A DNA stretch of 64,000 bases from Chiloscyllium plagiosum (GCF_004010195.1 NC_057720.1:32701383-32765382), one strand, 5' to 3'; counted from the first letter of the stretch, positions 1 to 12,978 are shown. Program-made: numbers and translations. Notes: a model not told the origin generated them from the sequence alone.

Positions 1-2888
1 AGGGCAGGCAGGGACAAGGTAGGACTAATAAATTAAACTGAATTTATTTCAATGCAAGGGGCCTGACAGGGACGGCAGATGAACTCAGGGCATGGTTAGG
101 AACATGGGACTGGGATATCATAGCAATTACAGAAACACGGCTCAGGGATGGGCAGGACTGGCAGCTTAATATTCCAGGATACAAATGCTACAGGAAGGAT
201 AGAAAGGGAGGAAAGAGAGTGGGGGGAGTGGCATTTTTTATAAGGGATAGCATTACAGCTATGCTGAGGGAGGATATTCCCGGAAATACATCCAGGGGAG
301 TTATTTGGGTGGAACTGAGAAATAAGAAAGGGATGGTCACATTATTGGGATTGTATAATAATCAGAGGGAAGTTGAGAAACAAATTTGTAAGGATATCTC
401 AGTTATCTGTAAGAATAATAGGGTAGTTATGGTAGGGGATTTTAACTTTCCAAACATCGACTGGGACTGCCATAGTGTTAAAGGTTTAGATGGAGAGGAA
501 TTTCTTAAGTGTGTACAAGACAATTTTCTGATTCAGTATGTGGATGTACCTACTAGAGGAGGTGCAAGACTTGACCTACTCTTGGGAAATAAGCCAGGGC
601 AGGTGACTGAGCTGTCAGTGGGGGAGCACTTTGGGACCAGCGACCATAATTCTATTCATTTTAAAATAGTGATGGAAAAGGATAGACCAGATCTAAAAGT
701 CGAAGCCCTAAATTGGAGAAAGGCCAATTTTGATGGTATTAGGCAAGAACTTTCGAAAGCTGATTGGAGGCAGGTGTTCGCAGGTAAAGGGATGGCTGGA
801 AAGTGGGAAGCTTTCAGAAATGAGATAACAGGAATCCAGAGAAAGTATATTCCTGTCAGGGTAAAAGGGAAGGCTGGTAGGTGTAGGGAATGCTGGATGA
901 CGAAAGAAATTGAGGGTTTGGTTAAGAAAAAGAAGGAAGCATTTGTCAGGTATGAACAGGATTGATCGAGTGAATCCTTAGAAGAGTGTAAAGGAAGTAG
1001 GAGTATACTTAACAGGGAAATCAGGAGGGCAAAAATGGGACATGAGATAGCTTTGGAAAATAGAATTAAGGAGAATCCAAAGGGTTTTAACAAATATATT
1101 AAGGACAAAAGGGTAACGAGGGAGAGAATAGGGCCTCTCAAAGATCAGCAAGGCGGCCTTTGTGTGGAGCCACAGAAAATTGGAGAGATACTAAATGAAT
1201 ATTTTGCATCAGTATTTACTGTGGAAAAGGAGATAGACTGTAGGGAAATAGATGGTGACATCTTGCAAAATGTCCAGATTACAGAAGAGGAAGTCCTGGA
1301 TGTCTTGAAATGGTTAAACGTGGATAAATCCCCAGGACCTGATCAGGCGTACCCGAGAACTCTGTGGGAAGCTGGAGAAGTGATTGCTGGGCCTCTTGCT
1401 GAGATATTTGTATCATTGATAGTCACAGGTGAGGTGCCGGAGGACTGGAGGTTGGCAAGCGTGGTGCCACCGTTTAAGAAGGGCGGTAAAGACAAGCCAG
1501 GGAACTATAGACCGGTGAGCCTGACTTCGGTGGTGGGCAAGTTGTTGGAAGGAATCCTGAGGGACAGGATGTACATGTATTTGGAAAGGCAAGGACTGAT
1601 TCAGGATAGTCAACATGGCTTTGTGCATGGGAAATCATGTCTCACAAACTTGATTGAGTTTTTTGAAGAAGTAACAAAGAGGATTGATGAGGGCAGGACA
1701 GTAGATGTGGTCTATATGGACTTCAGTAAGGTGTTCGACAAGGTTCCCCATGGGAGACTAATTACCAAGGTTAAATCTCACGGAATACAGGGAGATCTAG
1801 CCATTTGGATACAGAATTGGCTGAAAGGTAGACGACAGAGGATGGTGGTGGAGGGTTGTTTTTCGGACTGAAGGCCTGTGACCAGTGGTGTGCCACAAGG
1901 ATCGGGGCTAGGCCCTCTACTTTTTGTCATTTACATAAATTATTTGGATGCGAGCATAAGAGGTACAGTAGTAAGTTTGAGATGACACCAAAACTGGAGG
2001 TGTAGTGGACAGCGAAGAGGGTTATCTCAGATTACAACAGGATCTGGACTAGATGGGCCAATGGGCTGAGAAGTGGCAGATGGAGTTTAATTCAGATAAA
2101 TGCGAGGTGCTGCATTTTTGGAAAGCAAATCTTAGCAGGACTTATACACTTAATGATAAGGTCCTAGGGAGTGTTGCTGAACAAAGAGACCTTGGAGTGC
2201 AGGTTCATAGCTCCTTGAAAGTGGAGTCGCAGGTAGATAGGATAGTGAAGAAGGCGTTTGGTATGCTTTCCTTTATTGGTCAGAGTATTGGGAGGTCATG
2301 TTGTGGCTGTACAGGACATTTGTTAGGCCACTTTTGGAATATTGCGTGCAATTCCAGTCTCCTTCCTATCGGAAAGATGTTGTGAAACTTGAAAGGATTC
2401 AGAAGAGATTTACAAGGATGTTGCCAGGGTTGAAGGATCTGAGCTACAGGGAGAGGCTAAACAGGCTGGGGCTGTTTTCCCTGGACCGTTGGTGTCTGAG
2501 GGGTGACCTTATAGAGGTTTACAAAATTATGAGGGGCATGGATAGGGTAAACAAACAAAGTATTTTCCCTGGGGTCGGTGAGTTCAGAACTAGAGGGCAA
2601 GGTTTAGGGTGAGAGGGGAAAGATATAAAAGAAACCTAAGGGGTGACTTTTTCACACAGAGGGTGGTACGTGTATGGAATGAGCTGCCAGAGGAAGTGTT
2701 GGAGGCTGGTACAATTACAACATTTAAGAGGCATTTGGATGGGTATATGAATAGGAAAGGTTTGGAGGGATATGGGCCGGGTGCTGGCAGGTGGGACTAG
2801 ATTGGGTTGGGATATCTGGTCGGCATGGATGGGTTGGACCGAAGGGTCTGTTTCCATGCTGTACATCTCTATGACTCTATGACTCTAA
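1..2888 (+). mobile_element. CR1 LINE, ORF2 (APE endonuclease + reverse transcriptase) with stops/frameshifts; 5' part outside window
   Basis: ORF pieces carry APE motifs (MVGDFNFPNIDW, LDLLL, SDHNSI) and RT motifs (KSPGPD, YRPVSLTS, QHGF, MDFSKVFDKVPH, degenerate PQGS). The 3' tail is (ctctatga)n at ~2867-2888. Confidence 0.95.
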
Positions 2889-3444
2889 GAGTGCAGCAGA
2901 AATTAGAACCAGAATAAGCAATAATGATTAAAAAGTCAAAGCTTAAGACTTTTGATGTGAATGCTCAAAGCATTTATAACAAAATAGATGGGTTGATGGC
3001 ACAAATATAAATAAATGAATATGACTTGATAGCTGTTACAGAGACATGGTAATTTAATATTTCCCTTGAATTCTGGAAAAATCGATAAAAAGGAAAAGGT
3101 TGTGAGGTGGCGTTTTTAATAAAGGAAGGTACACTGTGAACAGTGATATAGGTGTAAGATTGCAATGTGAATTCATGTTCAGTTGGAAATAAGGAACAGC
3201 AAGAGAAAGAAGTCACAGGTGGGAGTTAGATGCTTCATTGTAGGATAACGTTTAATGCAATAAATAAGGTAGGTATATAAGAAGATGACTATTAATGTCA
3301 TGAATGATTTTAATCTACACATTGACTGGACATGTTATTTGGGCAAGGCTGACAAATGAAGATAAATTTGTAGATTTCATCAGGGATTGATTCCAGTATG
3401 TTGCAGAAACTTCTTCGGAATAGGCTATTTTGGATCTAGTATTG

Positions 3445-3748
3445 GATTAGATTAGATTCCCTACAGTGTGGAAACAGGCCCTTCGGCCCAACCAGTCCAC
3501 ACCGACCCTCTGAAGAGAACTCACCCAGACCCATTTCCCTCTGACTAATGCACCTAACACCAAGGGCAATTTACCATGGCCAATTCACCTGACCTGCACA
3601 TCTTTGGACTGTGGGAGGAAACTGGAGCACCTGGAGGAAACCCACACAGACACGGGGAAAATGTGCAAACTCCACACAGACAGTCACCTGAGGCAGGAAT
3701 CGATCCTGGAACCCTGGTGCTGTGAGGTAGCAGTGCTAACCACTGAGC
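3445..3748 (-). mobile_element. HE1-type V-SINE
   Basis: tRNA-derived head (cagtggttagcactgct…ggatcgattcc), V-domain-like core (tgtgtggagtttgcac…ggtttcctcc) and CR1-like tail ending (aatct)n. Confidence 0.88.
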
Positions 3749-3989
3749 TGAACCATTGATAAGTGATATCTTATGTTGATCCCATGTTTATGGGCACTCT
3801 AGAGGGAAGCAATCACAACATTGTAGAATTTTAAATTCAATTTCAGGAAGAGCAGCTCAAAATAATGCTCTTAATTTAAATATGGGTAATTTCAGGGGTA
3901 TGAAGGAAGAGTTGTCGAAAGCATGATGGGAAAATAGACTTTGGGGAAGGTCAGTAGATGAGCAGTGGCATATAATTAAGCACCTATTA

Positions 3990-4781
3990 GTGGCAGATGG
4001 AGTTTAATTTGGATAATTGCGAGAAATTGCATTTAAGTCAAACAAACAACGGCAAGATGTATACAATTAATGGTGGGCCCTGGGTAGTGTTGTTGAACAG
4101 AGGGACCTAGGGGTTCAGGAACATAGCTCTTTGAAAGTTGCATCACAGGTAGATAGGGTAGTTCAGAAGGCATTTAGCATGCCTACCTTCATTGCTCAGA
4201 CTTTACAGCATAGGAGTTGGGATACATTGTATAGGACATTGATGAGACCACTTTTGGAGTACCGTGTATGGTTCTGTTCACCCTGTTTTAGGAAAGACAT
4301 GATTAAACTGGAGAGGGTTACACAAATGATTTAGCAGAATGTTGCTGGGACTGGAAGGTTTGAGTTATAAGGATAGGTTGGGACTTCTTTCATTGGAGCA
4401 TAGGAGGTTAAGGAGTGATCTTATAGAGGTTTCTAAAAGCATGAAGGGTATAAATAACATGATTAGTAAAGGTTTTTTCACTAGAGTGTGCGGAGTTCAA
4501 AACTAGGGGGCATATTTTTAAGATGAGAGGAGAAAGATTTAAAAGGGACATGGGGGCAACTTTTTCACACAGAAAACGGTTTGCGTGTGGAATGAACTGA
4601 CAGAGGAAGTGATAGATGCGGGTACAGTTACAACATTCAGAAGACATTTGGACAGGTACATGGATTGGAAAGGTTTAGAGGGATATGGACCAAACACAGG
4701 AAAGTGGGACTAGTTTAGTTTGGGAAACTTGGTTGGCACAGACGAGTTGGACTAAAGCGTCTGTTCCAGAGCTGTATGACT
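3990..4781 (+). mobile_element. 5'-truncated CR1 3' fragment inserted in older CR1
   Basis: Collinear with 2073-2875 (WQMEFN…, YRTLMRPLLEY…, 3' UTR ending ctgtatgact). Confidence 0.85.
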
Positions 4782-5759
4782 ACAACAATTGATTCTGATC
4801 AAAATGAAAGACTCAATGAGATGGATTACCTGCCATAACAAAGACTATCAAGGACAATGTTCAATCAAAAGATAATGCATACAACGTGGCAAAACTCGTG
4901 AAAGGCCAGAACGAATTGGGAATTCTTAGGAACCAACAGCAGTTGACCAGAAAGCTAATTAAAAAGGGAGAAAATTGATTCTTAATGCAAATTGGTCAAA
5001 AGTATATAATCAAATTTTAAGATCTTCAACACATATAAAAGGGATGACTCTATGACTATGAAAGCAAGGGGTGAAAGTGTATGTAAGAACCTTGGAGGAT
5101 AACAGGCAGATAATTCAAACCAGAATTTTGCACCAGCCTTCATAGTGGAGGACACAGTAAACATCCCAAAGATAACAAATGAGCAAGATGCTAATGGGAA
5201 AAAAGTTATTGTAACAGCCTATGTCATGATGGACAAAGTAATTGTCAAATTGATGGGACTGAAGACAGACAAGTTGCAAGGATCTGATAGCTTGTATCAA
5301 AGTAGCTGCAAAGATAATGTAGGAATTGTTCAAAATATTCCAGAACACATTGGATTCTGAAAGAGTTCCAGCAGATTGGATAATCGCTAACATGAAACTC
5401 CTGTTCAAGAACTGTGGGAGACAGAAAGCTGGAAACAGTCGACCATGTAGCCTAACATCTGTCATTGAATCTTATTGAAACATACAGGATTCTGAGGGGC
5501 TTGACAGGGTGGATTTTGAGAATGTGTTTTCATTAATGGGACAGTCTTGAATGAGGAGATATTGTTACAGAAGAAGAGGATACTCATTTAAAACTGATGA
5601 GAAAATATTCCTTCTCCGGGAGAGTAGTAAACATCTGGAATTCACTACTCCAGGGAGTTGTGGAGACTACATCTTTAAAGGTATTTAAAAAGGAGGTAGA
5701 TAGTTTTTCAAAATATCGAGGAGCTGAGGGCTATGGGGAACTGAATGAGGTACAGAAGA

Positions 5760-5933
5760 AGAGTCATAGTATTTTAGAGTTGTACAGCACGGAAACAAAA
5801 CATCGGGTCCAACTCGTCCATGCTGACCAGATCTCCTAAATTAATCTCGCCCCATATCCCTTTAAACCCTTCTTTTTCATGTACACATATCTTTTAAATG
5901 TCGTAATCATACCAGCCTCCACCACTTCCTCTG
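5760..5933 (-). mobile_element. Short CR1 3'-end fragment, inverted
   Basis: Reverse complement resembles the CR1 3' end at 2690-2880 with internal deletions. Confidence 0.7.
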
Positions 5934-6043
5934 AATTGAGGCCTGGGTCAGATCAGCCATAATCTTATAGAATGACAGGGCAAGCTTGAGTTGGCTTCTA
6001 TTTCTTATGTTCTTATATTCACTTCTACAATATTTCCTTATTT

Positions 6044-6344
6044 TAGATTACCTACAGTGTGGAACCAAGCCCTTCGGCCCAACAAGTCCACACTGACCCT
6101 CCAAAGAGTAACCCACCCAGATACATTTCCCTCTGACTAATGCACCTAACACTACGAGTAATTTAGCATGGCCAACTCACCTGACCATTCACATCTTTGG
6201 ACTGTAGGAGGAAACCGGAGCACACGCACGCAGACATGGGGAGAATGTGCAAACTCCACACAGACAGTCGCCCAAGGCTGGAATCGAACCTGGAACCCTC
6301 GTGCTGTGAGGCAGCAGTGCTAACCACTGAGCCACCATGCCGCC
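6044..6344 (-). mobile_element. HE1-type V-SINE, full length
   Basis: Minus strand begins ggcggcatggtggctcagtggttagc (A-box), has ggttcgattcc (B-box), and shares the body of the other copies. Confidence 0.9.
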
Positions 6345-7599
6345 ATTGTCTGATGTTATCTGGAAGATTTAAATGTTCCACTTTTTTTCTTTATTTTGAT
6401 ACCATATAAAGGTTTGTAGCCAATTTGAACAACATTTGGGAGACTGAAACGCATCTCAAGCTCTTTCAATGTTTACAGCTTGCAGCCTAATTCAGAGCCT
6501 GGTTACACAATTATAAAGGGAATCCAGCAATGTGCCTGGCTAGCATAGGGGTTACAGGTAGCCCCTCTTAAAAGAAGAGCAGTCATTATCCAGTAGCTGC
6601 TGCTAACTGTCTGTGGAGGAATTGACTACAATCAAAACTACATCAAATGATGAAACAGAAAAGCAAGAAGGCTCCCAGGTATTTCAATGAGATGCTGGAG
6701 GTATAGAAGGTAGAAAGGAGGAAGGAAGCAATGCCACCCCAGAAGGTGCTGTGGCCCTCACTCCCATCCAGCTCTTATAGCTGGATGGGCTCTTACCTGA
6801 CTGAAAGGAAAACATCAGAAGAGGAGAGTTAGGTTGAGCAAAGCAGAATGGGACAGAAATCAAGAGGTCCATTGTCATATGGTCACCATGGTATTCATCA
6901 TTGCGAGATACTAGGATAAGATTGAACTTTGAGCTGAGAAGGGGCAATTAGCAGGAACATAATCATCATCCTAAGTGTTTTCAACAATGTTAGAAGGCAC
7001 AGTTTCCATTGTAACCATCCCCATGGAGGAACTATCTCCTATAAAGGGCTTTGGAAATGTAGGTGTGTACTTCAATAAGGTCATGGAATGATCTGTTTGT
7101 GCTTTGAATTCCACAGTCCCATCTGCTCCTAACAAGCTTTGATTCCCTTGCCTAACAAAAATCTAAAATCAAAGCAAAATACTACAGATGTTGGATGTAT
7201 GAAATAAAAACAGAAAGTACTAGAGAAACTCACCAAGTTTGGCAACATCTGTAGAGAGACAAACAAAGTTAGTTTTTCAAACCTGATATGACGGTTCTGT
7301 CAAGAAAACTGATTAACCTGATTAGACAATACCTAACCCTACAGTACAGCCACAAACTGTGGCTTACTCTAATACTTACATGTACAAACTGGTCCAAAGC
7401 TAATTAGTTCCCAGCTCTTTATAGACAATACAATTATATATAACAACCTTCTTTCCATAAACTGTAATGCCTTTAGCACTATAACCAGTCATTAATGTTT
7501 CTTAATGAAGTATGATAAGTAATTGACTTGTTATTTTATTTTGTTTTTGAAAATACCCCGAGCCCTTCTTCAGACACATTGGTAGCATGTATTCTTCTT

Positions 7600-8660
7600 G
7601 AACACATTATTGCTTGGAAGGTATGAAGTGGTTTGGGCAGATTGTAGATTTGACATTTTTCATTCTTAGTGGAGAGTTGACTTGTTGCATACGTAATGTT
7701 GTGCGTGATGATGTCAGACGAGTTGTGCTTTCTATTGTTAATGTTGTCTCCTTGGAGTGTGATTCTTCTGGTGTTATTGTTGATCATGTTTTCTGCTTTT
7801 CAAACTTAGCTATTGTCCAGTATGCTCTCTGCTTCTTCTCATTTGCTTTGGGCCTCAACTTCAGCAACATTTGCTGGGCCCCAGTTTGTCATGAATGAGC
7901 TCTAGAATGTTAGAAACTAGCTACCTGATGAAGGAGCCGTGCTCGGAAAGTTGTACTTCCAAATAGACCTGTTGGACTCTATAAGCTGGTGTGGTGTGAT
8001 TTTCAACTTTGTCCACCCCAGTCCAACACCGGCCCCATCACATTAGAACTCTAGAATGTACAGGCTATCATTTCAAAAGTTTGGGTAGGAGTTAAGCTTA
8101 ACTGTTGACCTTCTGTTTTCAATGCCTCACTTCTCCCTGTTCACTTTGAGAATATATTTTTCTTGGAAAGGTAAGTCTTATATTTTCTTCCATTTAACAG
8201 CACCACAGGTCATTTCACATCGTAGGTGTGGATCAAAATGCCAATAAGACAAGGTTTGGGGCTTCCCTGGTTGCAGACATTTCACAGGGATTCTTTTGAG
8301 CATCTCGACATGTCTTACTATCACCTTACGTCCCTGAGGATGAAGTGGTGATAAGGTGATGATTTTAAACCAATTCCTTAAATTCTCTAGATATGACCTG
8401 GGGATCATTGTCACATATTAATGTTCCATAAATTCCCTGCTTGGCAAATAGAACTCATACTGCTGAAATGGTTGTTGTGGTTCTCAAGTCTTTCACGTTC
8501 TGAATAAAAGGAAAATTTGAGTAATATTCTTTGACTATGAGATACTATTCTTGATTACATGTGAATAAATTGGTTCCTACAGTATGCAATTGTCAGGGTA
8601 GTAATTCACTGGCTATCATTCTTTACATTTGTGTTTCTGTACTTCTAGACTATGCTGTGT
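7600..8660 (-). mobile_element. Degraded Ty3/Gypsy LTR-retrotransposon integrase remnant
   Basis: Translation across stops/frameshifts gives VGTNLF…YLIVKEYYSNFP…TTTTISAV*VLFAKQGI…ICDNDPQVISREFKE…SPLHPQG…VEMLKR…LLAF*STP, which follows the order of Gypsy integrase core motifs. Confidence 0.75.
7911..8048 (+). mobile_element. Short PLE-derived element (same family as 36742-36963) with degenerate hammerhead, inserted in the Gypsy remnant
   Basis: Contains cctgatgaaggagc…ggaaag. An 11-bp TSD ctctagaatgt lies at 7900-7910 and 8049-8059. Confidence 0.7.
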
Positions 8661-9753
8661 GCACAACATATTTGCTATGAGTCTTGTCTGCCTCAGTTGA
8701 TCTGCCTTCACCACACATGAGGCAATACTCTCCATTCCCTAACTACTTACAGTGCGAAAAAGTGTTTTCGTCCAGCTCCAAATCCCTGACCCCAAATTTC
8801 TGCAACTGGTGACACTTCCTACACATGTAATGTGTCCATGACTGTCCATGTGCCTCAGGCTGGACTTTCCCCATGGCAGAGTTACCCTGCCAGACTGTCA
8901 ATTTTCCTCTGATATATTTTTATAAACTGGAGATTAGAGAGTAGAAAGTAGAATTACTCAACCATACTGACCAATCAGCTCTGTCTCCTTTTGTTGTATG
9001 TTTAGGAGGAAGAATAAGAACCAATTCCTATTGGATGAAAAAGTATATTGTTTAAAAAAAGCGAAGAAGCACTACATGCCCCTGCTCACTTAATTCCCTT
9101 AACTCCTCAATCTTCCAAAGAGCTGGTCAGGTTGCACTCACCGCTATGTCACATTGAGATGCAATATTTCTATGTTCTAATATGAAAGAATTAGCTGAGC
9201 CCCAGTTACAGAAAAATCAGTTCAAACTAGCTTGCTTAGTTAACTAACTGTAGCTGTTCAACAGTGTACAGTTTATATACCTCTACTTAGGCCTTGGTTC
9301 CTGAATTTTAATAGTATCATTCACTTAAATCTTAACTGTTGAATGTTAATTACAAACAAATCTAGATTGTTAGAAAGGATTAAATTTCCTTTAACTCATC
9401 AGCCTCTATTCAAGCTGTTGTGCTTGGTGATGATCTGTTCTTCATTTTTGCATGATATACTCAGTTTTTCTTTCTCTCCATAAGATCATATGATATAGGA
9501 GCAGATTTAGGTTATTTGGATATCAAGTCTCCTCTGCCAATCAATCATTGCTCTCTCTGGCACTAATTTAAGTGAATTTTGCCAATCAGCAATATTAAGC
9601 TAATTTAGGTTTAGTCACCAATGCTACCATGTCACGTCTTCTGGTTGGTTTGGTTCCCAGAAGTTGAAATAATCATATTCTAGTCTCACAAGCTTAGGAC
9701 TCTTTTTCTTTAATTCTAGATTGTGAAACTGCCTGGTTACATTACTGCTAAGG

Positions 9754-9973
9754 AGAAAGTGAGGTCTGCAGATGCTGGAGATCAGAGATGGAAATGTGTT
9801 GCTGGAAAAGCGCAGCAGGTCAGGCAGCATCTAGGGAACAGGAGAATCGACGTTTCGGGCATTAGCCCTTGTTCAGGATTCCTGAAGAAGGGCTAATGCC
9901 CGAAATGTCGATTCTCCTGTTCCCTAGATGCTGCCTGACCTGCTGCGCTTTTCCAGCAACACATTTCCATCTC
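9754..9973. mobile_element. Palindromic non-autonomous Penelope-like element (inverted pLTR ends)
   Basis: About 95-bp near-perfect inverted arms centred at ~9879. A 16-bp direct repeat tacattactgctaagg lies at 9738-9753 and 9974-9989. The arms match the terminal sequence of the GIY-YIG-bearing copy at 45532-46866. Confidence 0.85.
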
Positions 9974-10303
9974 TACATTACTGCTAAGGCTGGTATCGAG
10001 TTCTGAAGAAATGTCACTGAACCTTAAACATTAACTTTGCTTTATCTCCACAGAGGCTGCCAGACCTACTGTGTTTGTCTACCAATTTCTGTTTTTGATC
10101 CTTTCACACATTGCTTGACCTTCAGTGCAGCTGTGAATGTGGCCCCTTGAATACTAACACACACAAAATTGGTTCTTGGCTAATTCCTGGGTCTTCACAA
10201 TCCACACAACAAGGTGAAATTTTCTCCACCCATGAGCAACATAGTCACTGAAGAGAAAGTTTGGACAATGTGAAGCAAAACTTTAAAAATCAAAATCTCA
10301 ATA

Positions 10304-10522
10304 CAGGTCATTCTGTTAAAATGCGTGTTTCATCAACATGAATTCTCTGTGACACGATTGACGAATTGGGAAAGTTATTTCAAAAGTGCAAGCTTTTAAA
10401 ACACCTGTTGGCTGTAACACGATTACACCGCCAACACTTTGAGTGCTGCTTCCAAAGTGCAATTTTTCTACAATGCAGCATTGCCCAAGAATGTAACCAT
10501 CGCATTGTAGAAGAACTGACTG
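10304..10522. mobile_element. Putative Tc1/mariner(pogo/Tigger)-type MITE
   Basis: TA flanks on both sides. Imperfect terminal inverted repeats CAGGTCATTCTGTTAAAATGCG / CAGTCAGTTCTTCTACAATGCG. Confidence 0.55.
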
Positions 10523-12978
10523 TATCAAGAAAAAGAATTCCAATCTTCGCCTTATGGGTTAAATGGCAAGTTCAGAATTTCCCTAATCCATGGTGACTAA
10601 CTTATTTCCCTTCATTTGCATTTTTTTATTAGCCCAACTTCCCTAATTTCTCTGCTGCTCCCAATCCTTCTCTCCTTCCCCGCAAAATCTGGTATTGCTA
10701 ATTCCCAACATAAAAACCAGAGCAATCCTCTGCATGGTAGCAACATGGGACATTTATTCCTTGGCCAAATATGGTGACGTGTCAGTAATGTAATCACAAG
10801 CATGTGCTCCCGCATCTAATCTGGATAAAGAACACATTGGAATGAAATCCCTGAGCTATTAGATGGTACAGACAAATGTCCTACCAGTGCATCTACTGAG
10901 GGTTGAGTGGCTTCCTGCTCAGAGGAAGAGGTGGGTCTGAGAGCCTCTGATGCTGGATTTGTATTGATGGAGCTTATCTGGATGCTGTTAGTGCCTGCAT
11001 AAGAGAAGAAGAGGAATTAGTTGAGTAAAGGAGATAAAAGCTTGTACAGTTAAAAAGGAGACAGTGTTGGCTGTATTAGGACAGCAAAGCAACACAGCAC
11101 AATGAAACTTTCTGGATTGGCTACCCCATCCTCACATGAGCAGACATGTGGTACTCCAGCCCAATCCTACATCTCTTTGTATGGTGTGAGGTGCCTTATG
11201 TCTGCCACATTCCCACAAGGCTTCGCCCTCTCGTGTCTGGTTGGAAAACACGTTCTCCTACAATAGGAAAAAAGAAGGGTTAAGTGTGATGGAAATGGAT
11301 GGGTGTTAGTGGTGATGAGGGGGCAGTGGAGCTGATGAGGTGTCTCATCCTCTGTATGTTGTAAAGTGATAACTGGGTGTGAATGTCAGTGTGTGAACGT
11401 GAGTCCACATGGATTAAAAGAACATAATGTTGCAGTAAAATATGTTTGAACATGGTGATTTAGAAAGGAGCTTTACATCTTTAGAGGAAACTGCCTTTAG
11501 ATGACCTAACCCCTAATGTTTTATCCCTTCCACGCTTTATTGGACAAGGCAGAATGGTAAGAGAATGCTATGGTAAGATCTGTCTTTGTAACCAGCCTAA
11601 GCACACTGAGTACATGAGCGAGCAGGGTAACTGCTTTCAAGCCCATCATTCCCAAAGTCTTTCCCAGAACACAAGACCTTACTTTCTCCTGACACTCTCA
11701 TGGAGGCAGCTGTGTTTATTTAGTCTGCCAAGGCTAGTGAATTTGTTGGGATTGCTGCCAATAGTTTGCACTGCGAAAATATTTTTCCTGACAGCTGGAA
11801 TCCATGACAGCATTGAACTGTTAATTATAGCCAAGAGATATAACAGAATGTTAATAGAAAAGTTAAGGTGTCATCATTAATCTAAAAAGAAAGTAAAAGC
11901 ATGTTAAAGATTTTTGTCATTTTATTGTACTCCAGGAAAACCATTGTTTTAGAAAATTATGGCCTATCTCAATGCTATTTTTATTATTTTATATTAATTT
12001 GTTTAAAAAATATTTTGTACACCAATAACATCATGAGGGAGAAGTAGCTGGATGACATTACTGAGTGGTGTAGTGTACTGAAGCTGAATTAATGTCAGTA
12101 TTGTATAACCATTAACATTGAGGCGTTCCGTGATCTTGTCATTTTAAATCTGCATGCTAATTCAACTGTTTCATGTTCTATGGCCAAGTAAATTCTCTAA
12201 GATAGCTCCCCAGGTGATGTCATTTGGACTCACAAATTCCTAAGGTGAAATCACCTAACTTAGACTAGACCAGAGATACAACCTAGGTCCTGGCCCATAT
12301 TGCTCATATTACATCACACATTAATACCACCCACCAAAACATCAGGTGAATTAGGGTAACTTTACAGAATTAAAAAAGTCACTGCTGATACTGGCTAAAA
12401 TTATATGGGACTACATGCTAAAACTCATAATTTTAAATATTGGCATGAGAAGAGATGTCATAGTCTGTCTCGTTTATCTCTTTCATTGAGTGTACAAATG
12501 TTGAAACAGACAATCTGTAAGTCATTTCATTCAAACCCATCCTGTCAGATTTCTCTACTGGTTCAGTGGGTTGTTGTACTGTGTGGTGTCAACCTTAAAG
12601 GTCAGAATGACTTGAAGACTCATTTTGAATTGGTGCTAAGTTCAGTGGTTTCAATTAAGCAATTGGTGGCAGATTACCGTTGATCTTGGTAGTCATTAGC
12701 TATGTTGGCTCAGCTCTATGAACCTCACAGGTCAAATCCCATCTGTTACCATAGGACAACCATCACAGTGCAGGCCACGTATCTCACTTTGATACAAATC
12801 AATAGCACCAGTGGACAAAGAACTTCAACTCAGCGGGTGTTGGCAGGTTTTGACAAATCTGATAGCAGCACCATTATTATTAATTGTGTTTGATAATATT
12901 CACCTCGAATTAATTAGTAGTTGATCTCTTTCACTGAACCATGATAAAGATCATCTATCTACAGAGAGGGTAATGAAT

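Larger units (their letters stand above)
2890..6017 (+). mobile_element. Older, degraded CR1 ORF2 interrupted by younger insertions
   Basis: Degenerate APE start near 2950 (…NAQSIYNKID…AVTETW) and RT remnants at 5250-5460. CR1 3' end with a ttcttatgttcttat tail at ~6002-6016. Confidence 0.75.

Noticed and set aside
219..2800. Functional reverse transcriptase gene
   Set aside because: ORF2 is broken by several stops and frameshifts, so this is a dead CR1 copy.
6250..6344. tRNA gene (A and B boxes)
   Set aside because: This is the tRNA-derived head of an HE1 SINE, continuous with the SINE body. The same applies to the other copies.
7536..7898. Host exon(s) suggested by overlapping 83-aa and 94-aa ORFs
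   Set aside because: They lie immediately downstream of the Gypsy integrase core and contain upstream stops; better explained as the decayed integrase tail.
8883..9166. Small minus-strand exon candidates (FIKIYQRKIDSLA; HRNIASQCDIA)
   Set aside because: The splice signals are only moderate, no protein is recognised, and such motifs are expected by chance in 64 kb.
10316..10596. Exon with a minus-strand acceptor (ttctttttcttgatacag)
   Set aside because: The AG coincides with the TA-CAG terminus of the putative MITE, and no peptide is recognisable.
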